Shown here piece by piece: positions 26,958 through 37,310 of a stretch of 64,000 bases of DNA (position 1 is the first letter of the stretch; each line of letters begins with the position of its first letter). Position numbers and translations under genes: made by a program. A model generated the notes under the pieces. It saw nothing but the letters and a program-made list of their open reading frames with translations. It was not told where the DNA came from and ran no database searches. This DNA comes from Syntrophus aciditrophicus (lineage in GTDB: Bacteria > Desulfobacterota > Syntrophia > Syntrophales > UBA5619), in assembly GCA_020722315.1 (NCBI GenBank), contig DYLD01000001.1:13296-77295 (forward strand), written 5' to 3'.

Positions 26958-27774
26958 TTTTGCATTTCTCGACGATGTCGCAAAAAGGGAAATCCGGCGC
27001 AAGATATTAAAGGCCGTGGCTGTTCCGGGCTATCAGGTGCCTTTCGGCTCCCGTGAAATGCCGATTGCCCGCGGCTGGGGTACCGGCGGACTGCAGATTA
27101 CCCTTTCACTGATAGAGCCGTCCGACACGCTCAAGGTGATTGATCAGGGATGCGATTACAGCGTCAATGCGGTCAATATCAAGAAATTCGTGCAGGCCGT
27201 CACCGGCGTCAGAATAACAACCGATACGACCGAGGCGACACTGATTCAGACGAGGCACCGGATCCCCGAAGAACCGATGACCGAGGATCAGATCCTAGTG
27301 CTGCAGGTGCCGTATCCGGAGGCGCTGCGGGAGGTGGAGCCCTCCGAGCAGAAAACCCGTGCGATGCATGCGGAAGGCGACTACGGCCGCATGTGGCTTT
27401 TTCTCTACGAAGACATCATCCATTACGGCGAGGTACGGCTGAGCTACCGGTATCCGGTGCTGGTCAACAACAAATACATCATGGATCCCAGCCCTATCCC
27501 GCGCTGGGACGTGCCGAAGCTCAACATGGCGCGGACGCTTTTTCTTTTCGGGGCCGGGCGTGAGAAAAGGATCTACGCGGTTCCCCCGTACACCAGCGTG
27601 GAGCCTCTGCAATTCGAGGACCATCCGTTCCGGGTCGAGTCGTTCGCCGGCAAGAGGTGCGAACGATGCGGAGCGGAGGATACGTATCTTGATGAGATCA
27701 TCGCGGAAGACGGGGTAACGAGGCACTATTACTGTTCCGACACCTCGTTCTGCGACAAGAGGAGACGAACATGA
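26908..27774 (+). CDS. phnJ: Alpha-D-ribose 1-methylphosphonate 5-phosphate C-P lyase PhnJ
   Basis: Start trimmed to MPIVEK.... Contains YNFAFLDD..REIRRKILKAVAVPGYQVPFGSREMPIARGWGTGG and a C-terminal Cys cluster (CERCG...YCSDTSFC). It overlaps the phnI end by about 50 nt. Confidence 0.85.
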   Translation: MPIVEKSKKQTRQILYNFAFLDDVAKREIRRKILKAVAVPGYQVPFGSREMPIARGWGTGGLQITLSLIEPSDTLKVIDQGCDYSVNAVNIKKFVQAVTGVRITTDTTEATLIQTRHRIPEEPMTEDQILVLQVPYPEALREVEPSEQKTRAMHAEGDYGRMWLFLYEDIIHYGEVRLSYRYPVLVNNKYIMDPSPIPRWDVPKLNMARTLFLFGAGREKRIYAVPPYTSVEPLQFEDHPFRVESFAGKRCERCGAEDTYLDEIIAEDGVTRHYYCSDTSFCDKRRRT

Positions 27775-28610
27775 AGCCTCTGCTGAAGGTCTCCCGTCTC
27801 TCCAAGCGCTATGGGAACGGATGCCTCTTTTGCGCAAACGAAAACGGCGCCGGATTGGTCGGGAACCAGTGCCCGCACTGCAAGTCCGTATTTGCATGCC
27901 GCGATGTCTCGTTCGACCTTTTTCCGGACGAGGTGCTCGGCATCGTCGGGGAAAGCGGGTCGGGGAAAAGCACACTGGTCAGGCTTTTGCATTTTGAGGA
28001 AGAGGCCACCGGGGGAGAGGTCTTCCTGAATGCGTCCACAGGCGAGGAAAAGTCGCAAAACGTGCTTGCGTTGGGCCCTTTCGCAAAACGGCAGCTCAGA
28101 AACCGTAAGTTCGGCATCGTCTATCAGAACCCCCAGATGGGGCTCAGGATGGATGTCAGCGCGGGCGGCAACGTCGCGGAAAAACTACTCGCGGCGGGCT
28201 GGCGCAACGTCGGCCTGATACGGGAAAGGGCGGGAGAACTCCTAAAAAAGACCGAGATTCCGCTCAGCCGGATGGACGAAGCGCCCCGCAATTTCAGCGG
28301 AGGCATGCAGCAGCGCGTCCAGATCGCCAAGGCCCTGTCGAATAAACCGCGGATTCTGCTGCTGGACGAAGTAACGACCGGCCTTGATTTATCTGTTCAG
28401 GCGCGGGTGCTCGATCTCATCAAGAATCTCCAGCGGGAACTGAAACTCTCCGCCCTTGTGGTTTCCCACGACCTCGGTGTCATCCGTCTTTTATGTCACA
28501 GAACCATCGTGATGCGCTACGGGAGGGTCGTCGAGTCCGGCCTGACGGACCAGATCCTCGAGGATCCGCAGCATCCATACACGCAGCTGCTTGTCAGCTC
28601 GCGATTGTGA
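27771..28610 (+). CDS. phnK: C-P lyase system ATP-binding protein PhnK (with a Cys4 insertion)
   Basis: Contains [28 protein letters not shown] and a C-terminal [13 protein letters not shown], compared with E. coli PhnK. Confidence 0.85.
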   Translation: MKPLLKVSRLSKRYGNGCLFCANENGAGLVGNQCPHCKSVFACRDVSFDLFPDEVLGIVGESGSGKSTLVRLLHFEEEATGGEVFLNASTGEEKSQNVLALGPFAKRQLRNRKFGIVYQNPQMGLRMDVSAGGNVAEKLLAAGWRNVGLIRERAGELLKKTEIPLSRMDEAPRNFSGGMQQRVQIAKALSNKPRILLLDEVTTGLDLSVQARVLDLIKNLQRELKLSALVVSHDLGVIRLLCHRTIVMRYGRVVESGLTDQILEDPQHPYTQLLVSSRL

Positions 28611-28621
28611 GTCGGAAATTT

Positions 28622-29311
28622 ATGCTGAAGGCGACAAATCTATCAAAAAGTTTCGTATTGCATGCCCTCGATAAAAAACAGATCGACGCATTCCGGAAGG
28701 TCTCTTTCGAACTGGCGCCGGCGAGGTTTCTCGGCATCCGGGGTATCAGCGGCTCCGGAAAGAGTTCGATACTGAAATGCATTTACCGAACCTACCTTCC
28801 GACGGAAGGAACGATCAACTACCATTCCCGACGGGGTGTGTTGAATCTGGCGGATCTTCCCGAACAGCAAATCCTTGCGCTGCGCCGCGAGGAAATAGGC
28901 TTTGTTTCCCAGTTCCTGCACGTTCTGCCACGGGTTTCGGCGCTTGATCTCGTCGCGGAGCCGCTTTGGTCGCAGGGAGTCCCGCTGCCGCAGGCAAAGA
29001 AACGGGCAAAAGAACTGCTCGGCTATCTGAATATTCCGCCTGCTCTTTATGATGCCTATCCCGCGAACTTCAGCGGCGGGGAGCAGCAGCGGATCAACAT
29101 CGCCCGGGCGGTGATCTGGAACCCCCGACTGTTGCTGCTGGACGAACCCACCGCGTCGCTGGACGAAGGGTCCGTCAAACGGGTGATTTCGCTTCTGAGG
29201 GAACTGAAGAATGCCGGGACGGCGATGATCGGGATTTTCCACGATACAGCCGTCATGGATTCCATTGCGGATGACATATATCATATTAAACCGGTGAGCC
29301 ATGAAACCTGA
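28622..29311 (+). CDS. phnL: C-P lyase system ATP-binding protein PhnL
   Basis: Start trimmed to [11 protein letters not shown]. Contains GISGSGKSS and [14 protein letters not shown]. Confidence 0.8.
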   Translation: MLKATNLSKSFVLHALDKKQIDAFRKVSFELAPARFLGIRGISGSGKSSILKCIYRTYLPTEGTINYHSRRGVLNLADLPEQQILALRREEIGFVSQFLHVLPRVSALDLVAEPLWSQGVPLPQAKKRAKELLGYLNIPPALYDAYPANFSGGEQQRINIARAVIWNPRLLLLDEPTASLDEGSVKRVISLLRELKNAGTAMIGIFHDTAVMDSIADDIYHIKPVSHET

Positions 29312-30464
29312 ACGTTTTTTTGTAGATAACGGTACTGTCGTTCTTCCTGAACGGGTAATGGAGAACGCCGTTGTTGTCATTGAAAAGGGGCGGATCGCCG
29401 CCGTCGAAAACGGCAAAAAACGATTCAACGGCGCGCGCCGGATCGATGCGTCCGGCTGCCTTGTGCTGCCGGGGCTGATTGATTTGCACAGCGACGCGCT
29501 GGAAAGGGAACTCGAACCGAGGCCGAACGCCTTTTTCCCGACGGAGATGGTCCTGCGTGAACTCGACAAAAAGCTTGCCGCCGCGGGCATTACGACGATC
29601 TACCACGCGATCTCATTTGCCGAAGGGGAAATAGGAACCCGCTCAAACGAGATGGCGAAGCAGATTGTCGAAACGGTAAAAAAGCTGACGGACAAGTTCC
29701 GGGTTCGAACAAGGGTTCATGCCCGCTACGAGCTTACCGACATCGAGGCACTGCCCATCGTCCGGGATCTGATCGGCGAACACAGAATTGATATGCTCTC
29801 GTTCATGGATCACACCCCCGGGCAGGGTCAGTTCCGCGAGGCCGCCTCGTTCCACCGGTACTACAGCGTAGTCTACAGCAAAACGGACATCGAGATAGCC
29901 GAGATGATAGAAAAAAAACAGGCGGCGCATGCCTCGACGGTGGAACGTCTGCTCTATTTGCTTAATCTATGCCGATCCTCCGAAATCCCGCTGGCCTCGC
30001 ACGACGACGACTCGAGGGAGCGCCTCGCGTGGCTCAACGAACAGGGCAGGTTCATTTCGGAATTTCCGGTAAATATCGAAGCGGCCCAAGCGGCGCGGGA
30101 TTTCGGGTTTTCGGTCAGTATGGGTGCACCGAATGCGCTCAGGGGAACCTCCGTAACCGGCAATCTGAGCGCCCGGGAGGCGATCGAGCGGAAACTCTGC
30201 AACATCCTCTGCTCGGACTATGTGCCGTCGGCGCTGTTGCAGGGGGCATTGAAACTCGTTGATACAGGTATGCTGACGATGCCGGAGGCGATCAAACTCG
30301 TTTCGCTGAATCCGGCCCGTGCGGTAGGCATCGACCATGAAACCGGCTCGCTGGAGCCTGGTAAGGCTGCCGATTTTCTGCTGTTGAAAAAAACAAACGG
30401 CTACGGAGACGTGACAAAAACCTTCGTCACCGGAAAGGAAATCTATTCGACATGCTGGAGATAG
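29301..30464 (+). CDS. phnM: Alpha-D-ribose 1-methylphosphonate 5-triphosphate diphosphatase PhnM
   Basis: An amidohydrolase-fold protein. Contains [15 protein letters not shown] and ...ASHDDD.... Confidence 0.85.
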   Translation: MKPERFFVDNGTVVLPERVMENAVVVIEKGRIAAVENGKKRFNGARRIDASGCLVLPGLIDLHSDALERELEPRPNAFFPTEMVLRELDKKLAAAGITTIYHAISFAEGEIGTRSNEMAKQIVETVKKLTDKFRVRTRVHARYELTDIEALPIVRDLIGEHRIDMLSFMDHTPGQGQFREAASFHRYYSVVYSKTDIEIAEMIEKKQAAHASTVERLLYLLNLCRSSEIPLASHDDDSRERLAWLNEQGRFISEFPVNIEAAQAARDFGFSVSMGAPNALRGTSVTGNLSAREAIERKLCNILCSDYVPSALLQGALKLVDTGMLTMPEAIKLVSLNPARAVGIDHETGSLEPGKAADFLLLKKTNGYGDVTKTFVTGKEIYSTCWR

Positions 30465-31399
30465 GAAGTCAGATCAACGAGGTAAGAACGGACGGGGATC
30501 TCGATGTGCTGCGACGGGATCTGGACTACTTTACAATGATCGGTCTCGAGGCAGCGGAGATTCCGCCGCACGGGCTCGATGCGATCAAAAACGGACAGCT
30601 TGATAAAACGAGAACGAAGAAGATCCGAAAGATCCTCAGGGACTATAAGCTGATCTATTCCGTGCATGCCCCTGATCCGCTGAATCTCATGGAGAAGGCG
30701 AAAGCGGCGCTCCATATCCAGGTTTTTCAGGCAAGCATGGAATTTGCAGGAGCGATCGGAGCCGGAATCGTCGTGTACCATGCCGGACGTCCCATTTCGG
30801 AAGAGGCGTTTCTGGATGTACCCCACACCGAGCTGCCGACGGGGCAGTTGAAGGCGTTGCAGGAGCTGGAGGCCGAACGTCTGCAGAAAATGGCCGACGC
30901 GTTTCCGGACATCACGATCTGCGTCGAAAACGCCCGCCCCTATCTCGGCCATTCACCGTATTGCTACGGTGAAGAACTCGACAAACTGCATGCTCAAATC
31001 AAGATGATCAACCGCCCGAATGTCCGCATTGCGCTCGATCTCGGCCATCTGTATATGTCCGCTCGCTTTTTCTCGTTCAACCCGGTTGTCGCCGTTCGGG
31101 AGGCGCGGGAATCCATCGGGCATGTCCATATCCACGACAATTTCGGGGATGCGGTGTATTACGGGGAAAAACAGCAAACCCATCAACTGCCGTTCGGCCG
31201 GGGGGACTCCCATATGCCGGTCGGATGGGGCATCATTCCGTTTCGTGAAATCCTGGGGCAAATGCTTGACTGTTATGAAGGACTTTTCATCATGGAGCTG
31301 CGCAGCCGCTACTTTTCGGCTACGGAGGCATCCTTGAAAAATTTGAAGGAGATTCTCGCCCCGTTCAAGCGGCAGCGAAAGAAGCATCAGAAGCATTGA
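30452..31399 (+). CDS. Xylose-isomerase-like TIM-barrel (sugar phosphate isomerase/epimerase / AP-endonuclease-2 family) protein
   Basis: The motif series HAPDP, VVYHAG, CVENAR, DLGHLY, HVHIHDN and IMELR fits the metal-ligand pattern of that fold. It overlaps the phnM end by 13 nt. Confidence 0.65.
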   Translation: MLEIGSQINEVRTDGDLDVLRRDLDYFTMIGLEAAEIPPHGLDAIKNGQLDKTRTKKIRKILRDYKLIYSVHAPDPLNLMEKAKAALHIQVFQASMEFAGAIGAGIVVYHAGRPISEEAFLDVPHTELPTGQLKALQELEAERLQKMADAFPDITICVENARPYLGHSPYCYGEELDKLHAQIKMINRPNVRIALDLGHLYMSARFFSFNPVVAVREARESIGHVHIHDNFGDAVYYGEKQQTHQLPFGRGDSHMPVGWGIIPFREILGQMLDCYEGLFIMELRSRYFSATEASLKNLKEILAPFKRQRKKHQKH

Positions 31400-32303
31400 T
31401 GAAGGGTTGAAGTGTTGCCCCTGTCCGGAGATTCTCTTCGTCGTAGAGCGTCTCGATGATTCCATCGACGAGACCCTTTCTCGAAACATGGATAAAATCG
31501 GCGCCGCTCCATTTTAGACACTTGAGAAAGATATCGGCGGCGGGAACAATGACATCCGCCCTGTCCGGACGCAGGCCGAGCCGACTGATTCGGGCATCCA
31601 CGCTAAGCCCTGACAGGGTTTTGAATGCAGTCTCCAACCGGCGGACCTTGATCACCGAAATCCCGGCTTTCCCGTACATTTTGAAAAGCTTGTTGATGTT
31701 CCCGCCGGAACCTACCGGATAGATCTCCGAGCTTTTGCCCTTCAGGGGGCGGAGCCATTCCTGAAGCCGTTGCCATTCGCTCTCGGCAACGAGGTTATCC
31801 CTCAGACGGATCGTTCCGATGCTGAACGACGCCGATTGTATTGTCGTCTTGCCTTTTACAAAAGAAAGCTCGGTGCTGCCGCCGCCGACATCAATGTAGA
31901 GTTTGTATTTGAAGGGCTTCGGTACGAAAATATTGTTGACCCTTGCAAGAATACGCGCCTCTTCTATGTCGTCGACAATAACGACATCTATCCCGGCCTC
32001 CTGCCGGAGGCGCTCCAGTACCGCTTTTTTGTTGGCCGCTTCCCGCATCGCGGCGGTCGCGCAGGCAAGGCATCGTCGGGGTCTGTAGATATCAAGCAGC
32101 AACCGGAAGGCCTGAAGCGTGGACACGAGATTTTCCGTCTTTTCCTCCGAGACGGCTCCATAACGAAAAACATCCTCGCCGAGGCGAACAGGAACTCTGA
32201 TCAGGTTATACTTGGTTACAACACCGTCTTGCTCCCCAACGCCCGCGATCAGCAGGCGGACCGCATTGGAACCGATATCAATTCCGGCAAGAACCATCTG
32301 CAT
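31365..32303 (-). CDS. Ppx/GppA-family exopolyphosphatase (two-domain short form)
   Basis: Contains LAGIDIGSNAVRLLIA and ...YIDVGGGSTELSF. Confidence 0.8.
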   Translation of the reverse strand: MQMVLAGIDIGSNAVRLLIAGVGEQDGVVTKYNLIRVPVRLGEDVFRYGAVSEEKTENLVSTLQAFRLLLDIYRPRRCLACATAAMREAANKKAVLERLRQEAGIDVVIVDDIEEARILARVNNIFVPKPFKYKLYIDVGGGSTELSFVKGKTTIQSASFSIGTIRLRDNLVAESEWQRLQEWLRPLKGKSSEIYPVGSGGNINKLFKMYGKAGISVIKVRRLETAFKTLSGLSVDARISRLGLRPDRADVIVPAADIFLKCLKWSGADFIHVSRKGLVDGIIETLYDEENLRTGATLQPFINASDASFAAA

Positions 32304-33504
32304 TTTCTCCTCTTGCGGCAGGCAGCTTTAGGCTTTTGCCTGCCGGATAGTTGTCGGTAATGGTGTTACGAACACAAGTCTTCTTCGCCGCGAACAGAAA
32401 GCCGCCGACAACCGCCGTAAACGGGGCGACGGCCACGAGGCCGAAACTGCCGACGACCGTTTTCATAAGCTCCGCGGCGATGTAATTGAGATTCAGTATA
32501 TGAACCGCCGGAATGCCCTTCGACAAAAGAACCATCAACAACGCCATATATCCGGAAACATAGGCCATCAGTAGCGTCGTAACCATCGTATTGACCATCG
32601 AGCGCCCCATCGTGAACCCGGAACGGATCAGCTGCGCCGGGGAAAGGTCGGGGCGCTTGACGGCTACCTCGTGCATCGAGGCGGCCACGTCGATCGCAAT
32701 ATCAATCACGGCGCCCGAAGCACCCAAAAAAATCGCGGCGATGAAAAGACGCCCGAGATTCAGGCCCTCAAACCCTGAATAGAGAAGCGTTTCCGAAAAC
32801 GGCTGGATCGCCCCATGCAAACGAAAGGCGGGAAACAAAAGCCAGGAGATCGTCGCCGTCAGCACGACACCGAGCAGCGCCCCGATCCAGGCGGTTAGGG
32901 CCGTCCGGTTGACGCCAGCGACGAGAAACAGCGTAACCCCGGAAATAAACGAAACCACGAGCAGCGATATCCAGACTGGGTCGGACCCCCTCAGAATACC
33001 GGGCAGCATCAGCTTCATGATCAACAAAATCGCGAACGCAAACGAAATCAGCGAACGGATGCCCGACCAACCGGTAAACGCGATCAGCAACCCGGCGAAA
33101 AGCAAAACGAGAACGCCTTCCACACCGAGGCGGTAATGATCATAGGCGGCGGCCGAGGCTATTTCGCTTCCGTCGGTATCCATGACGATATAGGCCCGGT
33201 CGTTCTTCTTGAACATCTTGTCGCTTTCCATCTTGCCGATCAAATCGTTTTTCGCGTCGATGATCCGGCCCTTATACGGTCCCTCGATAATCCTGACCCT
33301 CAGGTTCTGGCTCCCTGCTTTGAGTATCCCGTATTGCTGGATCAGTGAGTTGTCAACCTCCTCGACAAGGCCGACATATCGCTCCTCTTGGGTCGTGTAG
33401 GGACTTTTATAGATGTCCGGCAAAAGCAACAGGATGCCGGAAACCACAAGGATGACAAAAACAAAGACAGCTTCGGACTTCCAGGAGATCTTTAGCGGTT
33501 CCAA
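32278..33504 (-). CDS. YibE/F-family membrane protein
   Basis: 408 aa. It has an N-terminal soluble-like domain followed by about 7 TM segments with a YibE/F-like composition. Confidence 0.6.
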   Translation of the reverse strand: MEPLKISWKSEAVFVFVILVVSGILLLLPDIYKSPYTTQEERYVGLVEEVDNSLIQQYGILKAGSQNLRVRIIEGPYKGRIIDAKNDLIGKMESDKMFKKNDRAYIVMDTDGSEIASAAAYDHYRLGVEGVLVLLFAGLLIAFTGWSGIRSLISFAFAILLIMKLMLPGILRGSDPVWISLLVVSFISGVTLFLVAGVNRTALTAWIGALLGVVLTATISWLLFPAFRLHGAIQPFSETLLYSGFEGLNLGRLFIAAIFLGASGAVIDIAIDVAASMHEVAVKRPDLSPAQLIRSGFTMGRSMVNTMVTTLLMAYVSGYMALLMVLLSKGIPAVHILNLNYIAAELMKTVVGSFGLVAVAPFTAVVGGFLFAAKKTCVRNTITDNYPAGKSLKLPAARGENADGSCRN

Positions 33505-33523
33505 ATCTTTCCTCTCTTTACCT

Positions 33524-35128
33524 TTATTTTTTCAATCCCGCAATTTTCACCACTTTCGCGTGGATGTCCGTCTGGTCGTAATATCCGTTAAACAGTGCTG
33601 AGCCGACCCCGATTGCCGAGGTCTGGACCGGAACCCCCGTATGGGAATACGATGTCCAACCGATGCCCGCCTTATTGTTGAGAATCGTGGTCAGCTTGAC
33701 ACTCAAAGGTTCATAACCTCCGTATAGCAGATAGGTGTAGTCATCCTTCGCGCGTTCCTTTTTGCCGAGCATGCTCTGCATAAACGCATCCCGTAAGCAC
33801 TTGAGCTCTAGCTTCGTCAGGGCCATACTGTATTTAAGGGATTTCTCCGCCTGCTTGCCGGCCTTTTTCTCTTCCTCGGAAGCGTCTTTCGCCTTTCCCG
33901 CGATCACGATCTTTTCGAGTCTCGCCTCTTCTTCGGGCGAAAGCAGATAAAGACCAAACGTGTCGCGAATCAAAGGGAGGAGATCTTCAAGTTTTGCATC
34001 GGCAACCGTATGATTCTTCTTGTATTCCTCAAGCCTTTTTCCGAACTCAATATAACTTGCCTTCTGATACTGGATCTTATCGACGAAAGAAGAATAGCGT
34101 GTGCCGGCGAAGCCGATCGTCATTCCTCCCGTTTCATGGTCGCCGGTTACGACAATCAGGGTCTCCCGGGGATGTTTGACGTAAAACTTGAGTGCTTCAT
34201 TAATCGCGTCGTCAAAAGCTATCGTGTCGTGGATCGAAGCCGCGGCGTCATTGGCGTGACAGGCCCAGTCTATCTTGCCCCCCTCAACCATCATAAAAAA
34301 GCCTTTGGGGTTGTAGAGAAGCTCGATCCCTTTTTGTGTGTATTCTGCGAGGCTTACATGATCTCTTTTGTCGAATTGGTCGATGGTATAGTACATCGCT
34401 GCATCCTTGTCCACCTTGTCATTCATCGCGATGACCTTGCCGGCGCCTCGCTTGATCCGCTCGAAACCGGATCTGCCAATGTATATGCCGTAGCCGTTTT
34501 TTCTTGCGATATCCAGCGCGTTCGGCTTTCCGGGATTTTTGGGATCACCAGGTCTGAGCATTTGTCCGCCGGCAAAATAGTCATATCCGGAGTTGGCCAG
34601 GGCAACGCTGATATCATACATCTGACTCCGATGAGGGACATGCGCATAGAATGCCGCCGGCGTTGCATGATCCAGGGAAACGCTTGAAAGGATGCCGATT
34701 TTCCATCCCTTCTTTTTCGCCCATTCCGATATGTTCGGGTAGGATATCTTCTGCGCCGGGTCCATGCCGATTACGCCCGATTTTGTCTTAAACCCGCACG
34801 CAATGGCCGTCGCGGTCGAAGCGGAGTCGGGAATGACACTTGTCAAATCGTAGGTCGTGTTCACCCCCTGGGCCGGAAATGTATTCATCACGAGCCTTAC
34901 CTTTTCAGGCCTGTCGGCACCCCTTGCGTTCGCCAGGTACAATTCGGCGGCATTTCTCTGCGCGATTCCCATGCCGTCGCCGATAAACACGAATACATAC
35001 TTTGCCATTGCGGATGCGGAACCGGCCATCGCCGCAGCCTGGCCGAATAACAGGAAAGCAGCCGCGACAACCATGACGATGAAGCTTTTTTTGTCAAAGA
35101 CAACCTTCTTTAAACCTTTTGTCAGCAT
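33524..35128 (-). CDS. Alkaline phosphatase (PhoA family), exported
   Basis: Start trimmed to MLTKGLKK... after a GGAGG RBS. It has a signal peptide and the motifs FIGDGMG, DSASTATA, TGDHETGG and GWTSYSHTG. Confidence 0.8.
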   Translation of the reverse strand: MLTKGLKKVVFDKKSFIVMVVAAAFLLFGQAAAMAGSASAMAKYVFVFIGDGMGIAQRNAAELYLANARGADRPEKVRLVMNTFPAQGVNTTYDLTSVIPDSASTATAIACGFKTKSGVIGMDPAQKISYPNISEWAKKKGWKIGILSSVSLDHATPAAFYAHVPHRSQMYDISVALANSGYDYFAGGQMLRPGDPKNPGKPNALDIARKNGYGIYIGRSGFERIKRGAGKVIAMNDKVDKDAAMYYTIDQFDKRDHVSLAEYTQKGIELLYNPKGFFMMVEGGKIDWACHANDAAASIHDTIAFDDAINEALKFYVKHPRETLIVVTGDHETGGMTIGFAGTRYSSFVDKIQYQKASYIEFGKRLEEYKKNHTVADAKLEDLLPLIRDTFGLYLLSPEEEARLEKIVIAGKAKDASEEEKKAGKQAEKSLKYSMALTKLELKCLRDAFMQSMLGKKERAKDDYTYLLYGGYEPLSVKLTTILNNKAGIGWTSYSHTGVPVQTSAIGVGSALFNGYYDQTDIHAKVVKIAGLKK

Positions 35129-35159
35129 GATAACCTCCTCTGAAATGTTGTATGAAAGG

Positions 35160-36302
35160 TTAGGCAGGGCGTACGATTTTTGCCACCGCCTCGGCCAATC
35201 CATCTTTACCCTTCAGGCTGTAGGTATGGTAAAGGGTCATCGCCGTAGCCTGAGAAAACACATAATTTCTGAAACAATGAAACATCTCTCCATTCAAATC
35301 CTTTTCCGTCATTGCATATCTTTCCACGGCGATGGTCTGCATGACAGGAAGCAGCCATTGCACGGCGGGCACGGTGAGAACCCAATCATGATCTCCTAAG
35401 TGGCAGACAAAGTTTTCCATCCGCCTCGGCTGAGGCAGTGTATTCCCATTTGTGCCCAGTAGGCCCTTTTCCCGCGGATCTACGCCGCAGAGAATGGATG
35501 CGGCCTTGATCCAGCCGACGACATCCGCCTCGTCTTTTGGCGATCCCGGATGATTGTGGGCGCAGGCCTGGGCCACGCATATTTCAGCAGGGATGTTCCG
35601 GAAGATACTTTCCGCTATACTGTAAACGTGATGTTCGCCGGTGCCGGCAAGAGGCAGTTCTGTGCGGGAAGAGGCGTCTTTTCCCCACTGAAAAACCCAT
35701 GGTTTATGCAAATCGTGGAGCACCTGGGAGGCTATAATCATATCCCTGTCGAGTTCATAGCCGTAAATGTCCCTGTACCCGTCAAATATTCCCAGAGATA
35801 CCTTAACATTCAGAGCGGTGTGCGTTACGAGTCCGCCCGGATAAGAGTGATGGCTCTGGTATCCGCTTCCGGGAGCGGAATAGAAAGGCTGGGGACTTTT
35901 TCTATAGTCGGCGGTGGCGGGCAAAAAATTCTCAAATGATGTTCCTTTGAGAAGATGTTTTGCCTGCAATTCCTCCCAAACGGATTTTCTTGTCTGGCTG
36001 TTTTCGAGCGGCCCAAAGAAAAGCGGAGCTGGATTCGCCAGAATTTCCACAACCTGCCGGCGGAGCTGAGCGTTCTTTATTGTGGACACCGTCATTTGCA
36101 GATAATCCCACGAATCCATTACCAGTTTTGAATTCTCCGCCATCTTTTTCACCGACATGCCAATGCATTCATCCAGACTGATTTTTTTGACGTCCGCCCA
36201 GACGAATTTCGGCATTGCGGCCGCCGCTATCGCGATGGCTCCCGTCGCGGCGCTCAGTTGCAAAAACTCCCTTCGACCCATAATGACGCTTTTTTTCTCC
36301 AT
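35160..36302 (-). CDS. Tat-signal HD-domain-like metal-dependent phosphohydrolase
   Basis: The start MEKKSVIMGRREFLQLSAATGAIAIAAAA carries a twin-arginine motif. HD-type ligands are present: SHHSYPGGLVTHT and VLHDLHKP. Confidence 0.5.
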   Translation of the reverse strand: MEKKSVIMGRREFLQLSAATGAIAIAAAAMPKFVWADVKKISLDECIGMSVKKMAENSKLVMDSWDYLQMTVSTIKNAQLRRQVVEILANPAPLFFGPLENSQTRKSVWEELQAKHLLKGTSFENFLPATADYRKSPQPFYSAPGSGYQSHHSYPGGLVTHTALNVKVSLGIFDGYRDIYGYELDRDMIIASQVLHDLHKPWVFQWGKDASSRTELPLAGTGEHHVYSIAESIFRNIPAEICVAQACAHNHPGSPKDEADVVGWIKAASILCGVDPREKGLLGTNGNTLPQPRRMENFVCHLGDHDWVLTVPAVQWLLPVMQTIAVERYAMTEKDLNGEMFHCFRNYVFSQATAMTLYHTYSLKGKDGLAEAVAKIVRPA

Positions 36303-36575
36303 TGGTTTTCTCCTTTCTCCATTTTTGTCCAAAAGACACGGGAAATAGGCCTTCTTTCAGTGTCAGATGGCTTACTGTTCAGCATCTGCCGCGGATGTTT
36401 GGGACAAATTACAATGCGATTGTTTCAGCATGATGAAGAAGGCATGAAGTTTTATTGACGGACGGGGTTATCCCGGTGCCCTTGCCGGGACCTTGCATGA
36501 TGTTTCCTCCCGGAAGGTCGCCTATGAGAGATCATGGAGGCACTGGAGCGACAAAACGGATTCAAGCTTTGGATG

Positions 36576-37310
36576 CTACGAGGTCTCGCGAACTTCCCGA
36601 AAATGGGTAACCTCCACCCCCTCTTCATCTTTTAGAAGCGCCTCTGCATTCGTAAGGGCCTTTTGCATATCTTCGTCCGGGGTCTTTGAAATTTCTCCGT
36701 GTCCGGGATAGAATTCGTTTATCTTCCTTGTCGCCAGAAGACTGATGGAATTGATGTAATCGCCGACGCTTCCGGATTCACCGATGTAGGAAAGTTTACC
36801 TCCCGCAAAGAGGGTGTCCCCGGTGAAAAGAATCTTGAAAGCAGACTCATAGATGCAGATGGAACCCGACGTATGTCCGGGGGTATGGATCACTTCCAGA
36901 CTGTAGTTCCCCAGATCAAAGCGGGACCTGTTTTCCAGCCAGATGTGGACTTTGAGAGAAGGCTCATTGAGGTCTCCCGATTTATACATGGTAACGTATC
37001 TGTCTTCCACGGTGATCTTGGTGGCGGCAAAACGATGGGCGGCGATGAGGGCGTAATCCTGGAAATACCGATTCGCTCCGATATGGTCAAAGTGCTCATG
37101 GGTATTGACGACGATATCGATATCCCTGACCTTGAGCCCCAGTGCAAGCAGGGATTTCTGCAACCCGGGGAAATTTTTGTCCACGCCCGAATCAATGAGA
37201 AGATTTTTGTAATCGCCCTTGATAAGATAGCTGTGACTGCTTGTCTCCTCGCCTCTGATCAGGAATATATTAGGGCATAACTCCGTAATCCGATCATTGT
37301 TTGCCATCAT
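36576..37310 (-). CDS. Metallo-beta-lactamase (MBL)-fold hydrolase
   Basis: Contains VNTHEHFDHIGAN and ...HTPGHTSGS...TGDTLF. Confidence 0.8.
   Translation of the reverse strand: MMANNDRITELCPNIFLIRGEETSSHSYLIKGDYKNLLIDSGVDKNFPGLQKSLLALGLKVRDIDIVVNTHEHFDHIGANRYFQDYALIAAHRFAATKITVEDRYVTMYKSGDLNEPSLKVHIWLENRSRFDLGNYSLEVIHTPGHTSGSICIYESAFKILFTGDTLFAGGKLSYIGESGSVGDYINSISLLATRKINEFYPGHGEISKTPDEDMQKALTNAEALLKDEEGVEVTHFREVRETS

Noticed and set aside
28643-29590. 315-aa minus-strand ORF
   Set aside because: It is antisense to phnL and phnM, which have ABC and amidohydrolase motifs.
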